This document shows, piece after piece, positions 13,748-26,594 of a DNA stretch of 64,000 nt. A program made the translations under genes and the position numbers. The notes below the pieces were generated by a model. The model was given only the letters and a program-made list of their open reading frames with translations. It made no database searches and was not told where the DNA came from. The stretch is from Podarcis tiliguerta. Its lineage: Eukaryota. The DNA lies in NCBI GenBank assembly GCA_965153285.1, contig OZ229111.1; one strand, 5' to 3'. Numbering within the stretch: position 1 is the stretch's first letter; each line of letters begins with the position of its first letter.

Positions 13748-13897
13748 CCCTGGATAGCTCCGTTGGTTGGAGCGTGATGCTGATAACGCCAAGATTGCAG
13801 GTTTGATCCCTGTATGGGACAGCTGCATATTTCTGCATTGCAGGGGGTTTGGACTAGATGATCCTCAGGGTCCCTTCCATCCAGCTCTATGATTCTA
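13748..13897 (+). mobile_element. tRNA-Ile-headed SINE with CR1-type 3' tail (Squam2-like)
   Basis: The head tagctccgttggttggagcgtgatgctgataacgccaagattgcaggtttgatccctgta aligns with tRNA-Ile. The tail gcagggggtttggactagatgatcctcagggtcccttcc...ctctatgattcta resembles the CR1 3' end at 62885-62949. Confidence 0.85.
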
Positions 13898-13957
13898 ACC
13901 TTTGCCAGAGGCCTATTATCCCTTGCTGCCATGAATTAAGACAGTATCAGTGATGGG

Positions 13958-14061
13958 CAGTGCTTTTTCTGGGGGTACTCAAGGGTAAAAGTGTGGCACT
14001 TGTTGTAACAACAATTTCATGGTGAGTACTGGCACCTTTTCTTTCTAGAAGAACAGCACTA
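13958..14061. mobile_element. hAT-type MITE
   Basis: Imperfect TIRs cagtgctttttct / agaagaacagcacta, with a perfect 8-bp TSD gtgatggg (13950-13957 and 14062-14069). Confidence 0.75.
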
Positions 14062-14943
14062 GTGATGGGGAGAGCCCAAAACAAAGCCAGGAAAAGGCCT
14101 TTCTCACTGGCAGCTCATCTTTCAGAGGCACTTCTTGGTATTGCCAGTACATCTCCTAGCTGTGTATTTGACTATGTGAGTTTAGTCCCCCCCCCCCCAA
14201 TTATTTCTATTTATCCCAAACATATATATGAAAGACACAGTTTCTAGAGTATGAATCAGATCCTTTTAAACAGTTCAAACTGAAGGTTTTTCCCCCTGGA
14301 TCATATTCTCTAAACAGTTACAAATCTTGAATTAATATAGTACATATTCCTGAACTGATAATATGCTTTGCTTGCTACTGAGTAGGGAACGAACTATTAT
14401 AAACCCTTTCATTCCAAGGTACATATCCTTCTTTGAAAATGGAAGCTCTTACAGCAGGCTATAAAACGGAAGATAAATGAAATATGATTTTAAAGAGGAA
14501 GAGATTGTAATGTGGATCAAATGCTTTTTTATTTTTGCTGTGGTGAGCATTTTCCTGGTAAACTAATGTTCATCATTGCCAACAAGATTATTTGACTACC
14601 ATTTAGGGGGAGAAGTCAGCATTTCCCATCTAGTCCTTGAGATGATATTTGCATATGTGCTTGTGTACCATATACACGTACACCCATTGCAAGCAAGTGG
14701 TGCTTAGCAAGGATCCTAAAACACATTTAGCAGCCAACATGCTTTCCCAAAAATTTTATTCAAGATGTCATTGACTGTTAAGAACAGGAAAATAAGAATT
14801 CAGGTTTGATAGTTTCCAATGACTTGGTGACTTGCTGGCCTGGTTCACACATAAGCATGATTCAGTGTGCACAAATGGGCGCCAAAAGTGAAGATCACAC
14901 CTGCTGCATTATTTCCCCAGTCCTGTTGATGCTGGGCTCAGTA

Positions 14944-15161
14944 CAGTGGTACCTCTAGTTATGGACTCAATCCATTCTAGGGTGCTGTTCACACCCCAAA
15001 AAGTCCACAACTAGAGTGCCGCTTCTGCACATGTGCAAGATGCGCAGAGAGCTTCTGTGCATGAGTATGCGGTGAAACCCGGAAGTATACACTTGCGGGT
15101 TTGCCACATTCGTATCCTGAATAAACGCAACCGGAGACTGACATGACAAGAGGTACGGCTG
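14944..15161. mobile_element. Tc1/mariner (Tigger-like) MITE
   Basis: ta|cagtggtacctc ... gaggtacggctg|ta. Looks like a decayed relative of 54861-55120. Confidence 0.8.
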
Positions 15162-16068
15162 TAATACATCTGAACCTAGGCTGTGGTTTTTCTTGTCCAG
15201 ACAAATCTCAAGCTTTAAGCAATATTTGTTTGCAACAGCAGCAGCAGCAGATGAGGAGCACAGCAGATGCAAACTTCACCCTGGGAACCTACATTTACTC
15301 ATTTGTGCTGTTCCATGTTTGAGCATTGTGCATGAACTGGACCAATGTCTCTTTATTGGCTCCCATGTTTAAAACAAAGTACTGCTAGACTGACAAAAGC
15401 TGAGCGGAAACTGTTTGCTTCCCTATATTTCAGAGGTCTCTACAGCAGCTCTCATAGCACTCCAAGGAACATAACAGCTGCTAACAAAACAATATTTACT
15501 GGAATGAAACACAGTGCTTTATCTGTTAAAAAAAAAAACAAAAACAAAATGTTAAGATATTCTGTTTGTGTTAGCTTTAAGGTGGGAGAAGGATAAGCTA
15601 CTTACAAAATGTAGAAAGAATATTTCAGTTATCAATGAGAAATAAAAGTAATGATTTAGTCACAATATTTCAGTGTATTGTGGAAAATATATTGGCCTGG
15701 TTCACAAATCTCATTAAATGGCCATTAAAAATAAGCTATGCTTTAATGAGAAGCAGCAGCACATAGTACACCTGGGGCAGGGGGTAAGCTAGAGACCAAG
15801 GGCGGCAGCTGCAGTTGCCCAGAGGACTCCTAAGGAGAGGGGAGAAGAGAGGAGGCTGAGGGAATACTTCACAAGGGAGGGTGTTCAAAAAAGGGTGAGA
15901 GGCTGCCAGCTCTGCAGGCAAGGGGTGACCTAACTGGGCTCCTGAGACCCACAGGGGTTCCACAGAAAGAATGTAGTTGGTCAAGGGAGCCGTGGACCCA
16001 AAAAGGTTGAAAACCTCTCAGCCAAAAAATAAATATTAATTTATGCTATAAAAAAACTTAAGGAACTA

Positions 16069-16268
16069 CAGTGGCACCTCGGGTTACAGATGCTTCAGGT
16101 TACAGACTCATCCAACCCTCGGGTTAAGAACTTTGCTTCAGGATGAGAACAGAAATTGCGCGGCAGCAGGAGGCCCCATTAGCTAAGGTGGTACCTCAGG
16201 TTAAGAACAGTTTCAGGTTAATAACAGACCTCCAGAACGAATTAAGTTCTTAACCCGAGGTACCACTG
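16069..16268. mobile_element. Tc1/mariner (Tigger-like) MITE
   Basis: ta|cagtggcacctcgggtta ... taacccgaggtaccactg|ta. Same family as 46414-46670, in the opposite orientation. Confidence 0.9.
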
Positions 16269-18269
16269 TATACTGGAACTTTCTTATCTGGGCAAAAGAC
16301 CCCCAGAAGCTACTCCATACACATGCATAAAGCTTGGAAGGTACAGACATCAGTTTTCAAAGTGAGAATCTCTTGCAACTCTCAAGGCAAAAATGGATTT
16401 GAAAGTGCTACCAAGGCCCAAGTTTGACCTCCCTGCTACCTTGTCAGGCAGTCTCCCAGTTGCCCATGCCCAACCCTGTCTACAAAAAGAACAAAGAAAA
16501 AAGCAAGCTCTTACTGAGACTAGATGTTTTGTTTTATATATAAACAGTCATTTATATACTTGTTGGTTACATAAAATATGTATTTAAATAAAATATGTAT
16601 TTCCATTTCACAAGTTAGCCACTTATACGTCTGGATCAATATTTATATATCTTTTCCCCCTGTTTATTTGTTTTTCTCCTGTATCAGTGTAAGCTATGTT
16701 TTTACCAATATACAAGTAGTTAAAAGGTTGCTATTTGCTATAGATGCTTTTGTGTAAATGAGATAATAAACATACTAGAACTTATTATGCAAAGCTTTGG
16801 TGTTTGGAAGGGTTGGGATTAAAAGATCAGTAGCAGGCTTTGATTAGCAAATTATACTGTAATCAGTGTTTGAAACTTATAGATGCATTTTGCGACAGGG
16901 AATTTCATTAGTGTGAGCAGATTCTGAGCTCAGGGTGCAGTACTGTGCCTAAGATTTCAAATTAAAACCACAGAGTGGAAGGAAAGGATGACCCTTTTCT
17001 GCCTCCCCACTTCCAGCTACCCTCTGAAGACTGGAGAAAAGACCCTCTTAAGAATATTAGGGGGGTGTGCAGGGGAAAGACTAGACCATGTGAAAAATGA
17101 ACATATTTTAGCTGTAGTTCATTTTCAACTTTGTGTTCTTCTTATAAACTTTATGTTCTTCTTATAAAAAAGTGCGCCTAGACATTCTGTTGTGCCCATA
17201 ACCTAGGTTTAAGGTGCCATTTAGCTCCTTAGCTTCCATTTGTTGTGTAAAAAAAATCATAACTAGGGACATTGTTGCAAACTGGAATGTTAATAATCTC
17301 ACAATTTGTTCTACCAGGAGGGCAACAACAGTGACATTTTGTTCTCTATTCTGAAGACAAGTGAAATTGTTTTTTGCTTGGCAAATTAATCACCCAGCTT
17401 TTGTCATATTAAAACTGCAACCTTACATTAAAAACAACAACCTTCCTCTAACAGTGTAAGTAGAAATACAATTTTATTCCTATTCTTTATACCAAGGTTA
17501 TATCCATTTTTTCCAGCATGGCCTGACAGGTCTCCCCTCTCAGTATGCTACACACTTGAAAACAGCATAGCCACACAATGTAAAATTTATTGGCTAGTTC
17601 AAAAAAGATGAAATGTAGCTGGGTGGGTGCTAGGAAATCAGGGCACACCCAACATTGAAACTACTGTAAATTCAGTGCCTTCAAATCAACAGTACTAAGC
17701 AGAAGGACCAGTTCTTCATGTTGTTTTTATGGATTCCTACCCTTGGTGAATAATAGTGGGTTCAAAACATGCAGAAATAGCATGTGGGTAGGTTTCCCCC
17801 CTAGATTTGTCCTTAGCATGGGGCTGCTGAGGCAATACAACACATCTAGAGAGTTATGCAGTTAATTCAGTTGAATTGTATGGTTTGTTTTGGCATTTTT
17901 CTGTTTGCAGTGTGTAAATCCATAGTGGCAAATGTAACATTTGTAAGCTTCTTTACATAATATTTGTGTTTTAGCTCATATTATGTGAACTCCTATTAAT
18001 ATTAAACCATTTATTCGTTAACCAGCTTAATCTTCCCTACAAATATAATCAATGTGATTCATGTAACAGTTTTGCAACATCAAGAATTGATCTGTTACTT
18101 CATGACAACTGTTCTCACTAAAACATGAATCAAAACCAAAATTCCACTTGCCGCAATATACACAATGAGCTAATGTTTCATGGGCAAGTGTCAAACTTAC
18201 AGTAATTTTGACTGGAAATATGGAAAAAAGGTTTTCTGGCATATGTCCTGTGACCAATGTAACAACAAC

Positions 18270-18350
18270 AATTTTATTATTTATATGCCACCCATCTGAC
18301 TGGTCTGCCCCAGACACTCTGGGCGGCTTCCAGCAAAATATAAAAATACA
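18270..18350 (-). mobile_element. L2-clade LINE 3' terminal fragment
   Basis: Reverse complement of the 3' stem-loop and tail seen at 51863-51925 (ccacccatctgactgg...cactctgggcggcttcc). Confidence 0.7.
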
Positions 18351-19744
18351 ATAAATAAAAAGAAAAGAACAGCTTATTTGATGAGAAAAAATATTCTCCA
18401 TTCCTACATGTCTCAAGTGGTCATTTAAAAGAATGTACTTCATCTATTTATGAATCCCTCTTTCCTCTCATTAAAGTACTTCAACTCCCAAGATGTGTAA
18501 AACAACTTAAAGCTTCTTTATGTTAAGAATAAGGAATGCTTGTAGAAAGTGTTAGTGGTTTTGCTTTATGCTTTTGCATAGGCAGCCTTTAGCCTTCTAC
18601 CATTTACAGTTATGCTCTGCAGTACTTTCCGTCTGAATGCCAACTTCCTTCACAAGTCTAACCTCAATGCTTAACATAATTGAAATAATGGATTAACTGC
18701 AGGGATTCTGCTGCACCAACAGTTCACAAATGTTAAGGAGCCCCAAACAGCTAATGGAGCAATTTCCATTTATATTTTGCTTTCCAACCTCCTCCTCCCC
18801 GCTCTCAAAGACCAAATGGAAATTTCACAGACCAAAGAGTTGGATGTAGCTCTTTTCAGATAAATTGTTTTGAACAATCCATAAACAGTCCATTTCCATT
18901 ATAACATGACTTTTTAATAAAATACAAAATCTACAGTGGAAAAGTTACTAGTTTCCAGGGGATTATGCTCAACAGAAAGAACATGTAAGTGTGAATAATG
19001 AGCATCTGGACCATATACATGTAATTTAGTGCATGGGTGGGGGAGGGTGAATGTAGAAATAAACCAATTCCTTATCAATTTTTGGGATCAAGCTAGATCG
19101 TTTTTCTCCCAGCTATACACCAAAAAACTGTGAAAGGAAACCAAAGAGTATAAAGCACCTTAATTCAAGGATTAAATCTATTACTCTCAACCTGAATCTC
19201 TATTTTAGCTTCCTCTCATAGGCAAGATTTCTTTTGAACAAGCACTGACTGTACTAGATGTTGCCCAGAACAAAGAAATGATTACAGTTCCTGTTCAGAG
19301 GATTTATAATCAATCAGAAAAAAGAAAAATAAGGTAAGATACTTGGATGTAAGCAAACTATTTAAGATTTGTGAACTTGTCACAATGACTGCAGAGTAAT
19401 CCATTGATATACTGTAAACCGATTTTTATTTCTTTTTAAAGCGGAAATCCAAGAATTAATTATTTGACAAAACAATTCTGGAACATGTATGAGAAACCAG
19501 AATGAGATAAGCTTTCAGGGCTAAATTAGATATATTATTTGTCTGAATGCAATCAGGATGTGTGTTACATAAACAGAAGGCCAAGGGAAGTCTCAGCAGC
19601 CCTGGAACAGTGGGGTCTATAGAGGGGGGAGTTTAAGTATCACTCTGCCAGGTACGGGGGGAATATCTAATCTTTGAAGTTCTCTTTTTGATTTCAATGA
19701 AAGTGTCCAATTGGAGTTTCTCTTAGAAGTCACGTAGGAAGATA

Positions 19745-20440
19745 AAAGCATAAGTGATCCCTCCTGTATTAGAATAAAGACCCATCCAAGTCCAGCTTCA
19801 AAATTCCCAACTAGATGTCATTGGGAAGGCCAATAGCAGACATGAATGCAACAACAGTCTTTTTCCCTTTGGAGACTGGTATTCTGAGGAATGTCACCAC
19901 TAATCCTGGAGGTTGCATATGATTCTCATGATTAGTAGTCATCAATAGCCTTATTGTCTTATTTTACTTTTAAGCTAAGTTGGTGGCCATCATCCCATCT
20001 TGTGGCACTGGCTTCACCAGTGCAACTACATAGAGCATGAAGGAGTACCTTTTCCCTCACGTTTGTTGTGAATCTCCCATCTTCCCTGAATTACTCTGGG
20101 TTCTAGTAACCCTATCCACTCTGTCCACGTTGTGTGTAATTTTATGCATCTCTATCATCTCCCCACTTAAGTGTGTGTGTGTGTGTGTGTGTTTCTAATC
20201 TGAAAAAACCACAAACATTGTAACCTTTCATTATAGGGAGTTGCTCCTGATCATTTTAAGTTTCCATGTTCTGCGCCTTTTTCGGCTCCACGGTATCCGT
20301 TTTGACAAAAATGACAAAAGCTTTAGACAGCATGCCAAGTGTGGCCACGTCGTAGGCATTATAATATTAGCAACTTCATTTCTGATCTCTTCCGGAACAA
20401 TAACTAACATGGAATTTACCTTCTTCACAGCATCTGCACA
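19745..20440 (-). mobile_element. Degenerate CR1 LINE 3' fragment
   Basis: Similar to the minus-strand CR1 at 45530-46745 (gctaagttggtggccatcatccc..., ttcttcacagc...). ORF 20231..20443 'AVKKVNSML...' echoes CR1 '[10 protein letters not shown]'. Confidence 0.7.
20170..20192. repeat. (TG)n microsatellite
   Basis: gtgtgtgtgtgtgtgtgtgtgt. Confidence 0.9.
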
Positions 20441-23400
20441 CATGCTTCTGAAACAACTACCTCAAATTTTAATCTCCTATCTAAACCTTTGCTTCAAGAA
20501 CTACATGGTTACATTCCCCCCATGTTATTGGTGATGGCATGCACAATGACAACAGACTCCTGCTCCCCAGCACTACCAGACATGTTGAGATGGTCAGAGT
20601 TGTGTCAGGGAGTGGAAGAGTTACATTCCTCTTCCCCATCCTCCACAGTGGCAAGGCTGCTCAGGCTTTCCCTTGGCTTATATTTACATAACACAAAAGA
20701 CAAGCACATGTAGTTTGACCCTCAGAAATAAGATATTCCCACCCCCCAGAGCACATATCTTCAGATATTTTCTAACTCCTTCCCTACATGCCCTCCCCAA
20801 AAAGCGAAAAGATAAATATATCTATAAGTGCTTGCTACTATAAGAACGGCTTCGTATTTAGCAGCATGCCCGAGGATGTAGTTTTAATGCTAGCTTTCTA
20901 GTTTCTATTCTCTATGTTGAGTTTCTAATTGATGGTAATCAGCGATCTCCTCCCACTCACATAGCTGGTTGGTTTGAAGACTGTAGCTGCTTCCCAGCAA
21001 GACTGCAGCATTGACATGAGAGTTCAGATGGATGTAAACACTCATTCATATCACCCCCGTGATCAGAAATTCACACTGTCCCTTTATTGCACACTCTCAC
21101 TTTAGAGTACAAACACTTTGTTTGCTAGCTGCCATAACCATGTTTGCTGTGACATGCATTCCATGCAGATCAAATCACACTATTTCTCCTCCCTCAGAAT
21201 TGCAGGGGGGAGGGGAACATGGTTTGCACCCGGCCAACCATCCAGAGATGACCTTGGAACTAACTGCAAAATGACTGGTTTTGTTTTGATGGGAAGGACG
21301 CGGGTTGGGACTGGTTTTATCCAGTGCAGCCTCTGCAGTGGGGTCTTGACCAGTACCCACCCACCTACCCTTGACCCAGTAAGGGTTTTTTTTTTCTGGT
21401 TTCCAATTTTGGTTGCAGCCACAGAGGAATTTTTCCTCCCCTGGAGTTCCTGATTACTTTTGGATTTTACAGGTTTTCTGCCTAAGTCACACTGGGCTTG
21501 GGAAGTTTGGCAATTGTCCAGGCTCCCACCTTTTCCCCATTTTGGCAGATACAGTGCTGGGTTAGGTGAATTGGTGTGAAGGGAAAAAATGGTGAACATC
21601 TTGAGGCACCTTCTAGGAGATGAAAGTAACACATCTGTTTTGCATGCAGAAGGTCCCAGGTGTGGGAGATTTGCAGTCAAACCTAACAATCCATATTTCC
21701 TAGTTAGTATATGAAGGAGTTAAGGACCACAGAGTTCTAATTGCTACAGTTGGCTAATTTAGTTCACACTCTCTCTTCTCCTGAAAGGAAGTAAATAAGG
21801 CCTGTTTCCTGTCATCCACCCCACTCTTCACACTGCAAATAATGGAGTGCCATCTTGCTGAATTTCAACTAAGATTATTTTTGCCTGCATTATTTTATTG
21901 CTGCTGCATAGTGAAAATGCATATCTGAGACCTATAAACTAAGTAAATCATTTTAAAGCTTGTCCAAAAAAGCAAGGGTTATGTATTACGAGTCTCTGAC
22001 TTACAGGAGTCCACTCTGTTTTGAACCACTTCACGCAGCAGCAATACCTATTTGCAGATCCTTCAGAGTTTTTCTAATAAATTTGTGACCAATTAAAAAT
22101 CCAAGACGTGAGTTTTCTCTCTCATTTGTAGGGCTATGGGTGCAACTCCCATGCTCTACTTGCATAGAATCGCCAGAATCTCATAGGTGTCCAAGTCTAG
22201 AATGGATCATCCTTGTCTGCAGCATTTCTAGAATTTAGTTTCTTTCCATCATTTCTTTTTTTAATCTATGCATTAGCTGGCAACTCATCATACTTCCTTT
22301 ACTAGAGAGGAATAGTATTCAGGCCATTTTCCTGCACTGCTGATTGTGAGCAGCATTTCCATTTGAATCAGTGGCTTGCTATGAATCAGTGGCCCAGCCA
22401 GTCCAATTATCCCACAATCCAACCTCTCATCTCAAACCTCCTTTATCCTCAATGGATACACAGAAGTCAAATTCCATTTCCCCCATACATTCTGGGGCAG
22501 GGGGAAAGTATGATGCCATTTAAAACACACACACACATCTCAGGATTACATTCTTTCATAGTTCCAGAGGCTTCCTCTAGATGTATGTCTCTCACTGCTC
22601 CACATCTAATCCAGGGACTGATAACAACACTGTGAGAAAGCCAAGAAATCTTTTGGCAGCTTTACAAGGAAATTGTTGATGGGACAGAAATTCTGCCCAC
22701 ATTAAGTGTTTGTTTCTTAAAAACCTATATTGATTCCTAGTTCAAAGAAAAAAATCAGGGCATCATTTGGCTGGTACCATTGAGTGGCTACCTGTCTAGT
22801 CATGGATATCATTCTTAGGGTCCTGAACTAAGAACAGCCTGCTGGTGCATTTGACTGTAAACTCTGTTTCAAATTTGAGGAACAGATGGATACACAATTT
22901 CTTCTGTCTGAGAACAGCTTAGAAGTAATTGAGTATGACGCCCTAGCATGTCAATCAAAGGCTGGTAACACCTTTCAACTTTTCTTTTTCTTTGTTTATT
23001 GCACTCTGTCCTAGAACTAATAAGCTTGTACATACTTCTCCAACACCAAATTCAGAGGTTGCCAGGAACAATATGGAATAAACTAATGCCCATCTAAACA
23101 GCCTATTAAATTCAGTTTATATTAGTAGAAAAGAATCATTCTACTGATCATCAGAGTGTTACTCGGATAGTCACTTTTATTTTGGCAGTTGCATTACAGC
23201 TCTGTACAATAACCAGCTGAGCCTTAAAATGAAGCTTTCCCTATAATTATCAAGTGCATTAGGCTTCATCTCCTCTAAACATGTAACCATGAAAAGAAGT
23301 GGCAGTCAGTTATTATTTCAGTGGCTTTCAATGAAATGACTGCCTTCAGCTTGCACAATGATTTTGAACAACACTGACTGGGCTGGGATTTGAGCATGCA

Positions 23401-23532
23401 TCTCCCAGGCCAAAAGGAAAATGCTCTTATCTTCCAGACATGAATAAAGCAGGCATTAGTTCTTGGCAACTTATTTGTTGATCATGTGGTTTAGGCTCTG
23501 GTCCTCAACAAACTCTACTAGAAATAACTAGT

Positions 23533-23790
23533 AGAGAAGAAGAAGAGAAGAGTTTGGATTTGATATCCCGCCTTTCACTCCCTTTAAGGAGTCTCAAAGC
23601 GGTTAACATTCTCCTTTCCCTTCCTCCCCCACAACAAACACTCTGTGAGGTGAGTGAGGCTAAGAGACTTCAGAGAAGTGTGACTAGCCCAAGGTCACCC
23701 AGCAGCTGCATGTGGAGGAGCGGAGACACGAACCCGGTTCCCCAGATTATGAGACTACCGCTCTTAACCACTACACCACACTGGCTCTCC
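23533..23790 (-). mobile_element. Squam3B-like tRNA-derived SINE, near full length
   Basis: Minus strand GAGAGCCAGTGTGGTGTAGTGGTTAAGAGCGG (A-box) ... GGTTCGTGTCTCC (B-box) ... GTGACCTTGGGCTAGTCAC ... GCGGGATATCAAATCCAAACTCTTCT, with a CTT-rich tail. Confidence 0.88.
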
Positions 23791-26006
23791 AATAGGGTTT
23801 CATTTCTAAGCAATGAACTTATGACCAGGATGTTAGCAGCTATTATCGTGCTTAACCTCACAAATACATAGCAATTATTTGTGGTGAAATTTAACATAAA
23901 AGAACCATAGATACTCCTTCCAGTAGTACTCTACTGGTGTCAAGGATTAAAAGAAACAAAGGGCACCAAAGTGAAAAGTACTTCCAATTTTTTAAAAGAA
24001 GCCTTAGTTTGAAATTGTGCTCTTGGCACAGTATGCCTTGTATCATGTAATGGCATTTTGTTTTAGGATTCAAGCTCCTCTACAGCATCAGGATCAATAT
24101 AATATTGTTAAAGGTAAGAACACAAGGGTTTCACAAGGGACTCTTGAAACTGAGAAGACATTTCATAGAGAACACTAAACACAACCCACATACTCTCATG
24201 TACAGTATGTTTCAGTCAGAGTTGTTCTGCACGCTATGGCTCAGTTAAGTGAGAATGATAAACATCAGAACTGGTGTGTCTAAGGGATATGGATTTGTGC
24301 CACTTTGAGGCAACGTTGAATCACAAATACATTTTCATCTTCATGGGAAGAAATTAATGGAAGACAGGAAACTCAAACTAGGACCTGAAATAAGAAAAAA
24401 CCCAAAGCTATGTGCCTAGCATGTGCCACCCAGACCTGTGCTTATTAATTTGTCCACACCTCAGTGGTGTTTGGAACAACCAGGAAGCATATTTGCAGCT
24501 TCCAGCTGTGATGAGTCCTGTCATGCAATATGTTCAGGCCTATCTTTTTGAGTCGCCAGCTTTATTAAGTCAGAAACAGGAATTCAGCCTACATACAATT
24601 ATCACATTCCACCACAATGGCCACCTGGAGACCCCAGAAACTATCTTAAGCTTCCATTTTATATGTATTTAAGCTTGATTGCTGACAACTAAACTGACCA
24701 AAAAATAAATAAATTTTCAGATGCTGAAGTACTGCCCAAATAATGTCTCATGGTAGAAGACAGAACTTTGTGCATAATGCTATCCACCCTGTGCAGCTGG
24801 TCTGCTGCTCTCAGGTCTGGTTTGCCTTTAGTAAATGGAATGGGAGAGAGGTGTAATTTTGTCCTTTGCCCCTGGCACCAAAATATCTTGGACCCAGCCC
24901 TGCACATAAAATAGAATTCACTTTCCAACAACTCTGGCAGACTCCATTGAGAAGATGCTGGGAGGTGGTGGAACAAACCAATTTAATTCCATAATAGGCA
25001 TCTCGCAAGCAATGCCTTCCCTATCTCTCCACTGCCCATTTCTCAAGACGCACCCCCACTCCCAGCTCTCATTCCTTGCCCCCTTGCATTTCTTCTGGTA
25101 GAGAACTGCAGCCCTGAGTGGCACAGTTTCCTAATGTTTCTTATTAGCAGCAAGAAGCCATTGCTTAACAATGGCTCTGCTTGCCCAGAATTCCCTCTCA
25201 TCTTTCTTCACATTCCAGGAAGGAGCATTTTGGAAAGCAGCTGTTGCATAAATGATAAGAGGGAGAAAACATGAAAACATACCCATCCTTTCTTACTCAT
25301 TCATCTGCACTCCCGCCCTCTCACAAGCAGTGTGGAGAGAAAAGAGGAAGAGGGGAGTGCTGGGGGAGGGGGGAGCATCTGCATCAGTTATCTCCTTCCC
25401 ATTCTTAATTACCATTGCCTGAAACAGCAGTTTCAAAGCAAAAAAATAAGATGAAAGGGGGGATGTGGTTTGGCTCCTTAGGGGCCAGGCAGTTCCCTTG
25501 AAGGGACCAAAGCTTTCTCACAAAATGCCACTTACCACCTCTAACTATCAAAAGAGTGGGGAAGTGGAACTGTCAATCATCTGATGTCAGATGACCAACT
25601 TTTACCTGTGTGGTAAACACTGTGTGCTCAAACCCCAACAATTGGGCACTGGCAATCAGCTGGTTGTTGGGGCATCAAAGCACTGCACACAGCTCTATAA
25701 AAGAGTAGCACATAGGATTTTGGAGTTGTCAACAATAAGGAGATCAGTGGTGCCTGCAACCCCCTTATTGGTCCACCCACTAGTTTACCCAACACACGCC
25801 TGACGTCGCATGTGATACTATGTGATACCAGGTGTGTGACAGGTGGGTGTGGCTTGGTCTAAATGGCTTAACAGGCCAAATGAAGAGGCTTGGAGGACCT
25901 AATTCGGCCCCCAGTCTGGAGGTTCCTCAGCACTGCACTACAGAATCTTGTTCCAGTATGCTGGGTATAATAAGCAATAACAGCTCTAAGGCCAATAGTG
26001 CATTTC

Positions 26007-26217
26007 CCAGTGTGCTGTAATGCTTAGAGTGCTAGACTAGGACTTGGGAGACTGGGGTTCAAAAGCCCACTTGGTGATCCAGCACACCTGGTGACCTTGG
26101 GCCAGTCACTGTCTCTCAACCTAAACTACCTCACAGGGTTGTTGTGTGGATAAAGGGGGAAGAGGGGGAATTGAGCTCCTTAGAGGAAAGGTGGGATATA
26201 AATGTAATATTAATAAA
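26007..26217 (+). mobile_element. Older Squam3(A)/MIR-like SINE
   Basis: cagtgtgctgtaatgcttagagtgctagac...ggggttcaaaagccc...gtgaccttgggccagtcac...ctacctcacagggttgttgtg...ggtgggatataaat. Confidence 0.75.
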
Positions 26218-26333
26218 GTCACATTAGTCACTGATAAGAGAGAATAGCAAATGATCATGTGTGTTGATGGAAGTTTATCATACCTACAACAGCCGGCAAC
26301 TGAATAAATAAAGTGCTGTTACAAAAACTAGTA

Positions 26334-26594
26334 CAGTTGTACCTTGGTTTTCGAACAGCTTAGTTCGAAATGTTAGTTCAAACATTTTGGCTCCTGAACA
26401 CTGCAAACCCAGAAGTGACTGTTCCGGTATGCAAACTATTTTTGGAAGCCAAAAGTCCGACGGAGCTTCCGCGGCTTCCAATTGGCTGCAGGAACTTCCT
26501 GCAGCCAATCGGAAGCTGCGCTTTGCTTTCTGAACATTTGGCAAGTCGAACGGACTTCCAGAACAAATTCCATTCGACTTCCAAGGTACGACTG
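26334..26594. mobile_element. Tc1/mariner (Tigger-like) MITE
   Basis: ta|cagttgtaccttgg ... ccaaggtacgactg|ta, with an internal palindrome (attggctgcaggaacttcctgcagccaat). Same family as 50364-50617, inverted. Confidence 0.88.

Noticed and set aside
13748-13825. Functional tRNA-Ile gene
   Set aside because: The acceptor stem and T-loop are mutated, there is no oligo-T terminator, and it continues directly into a CR1-like tail, so it is a SINE.
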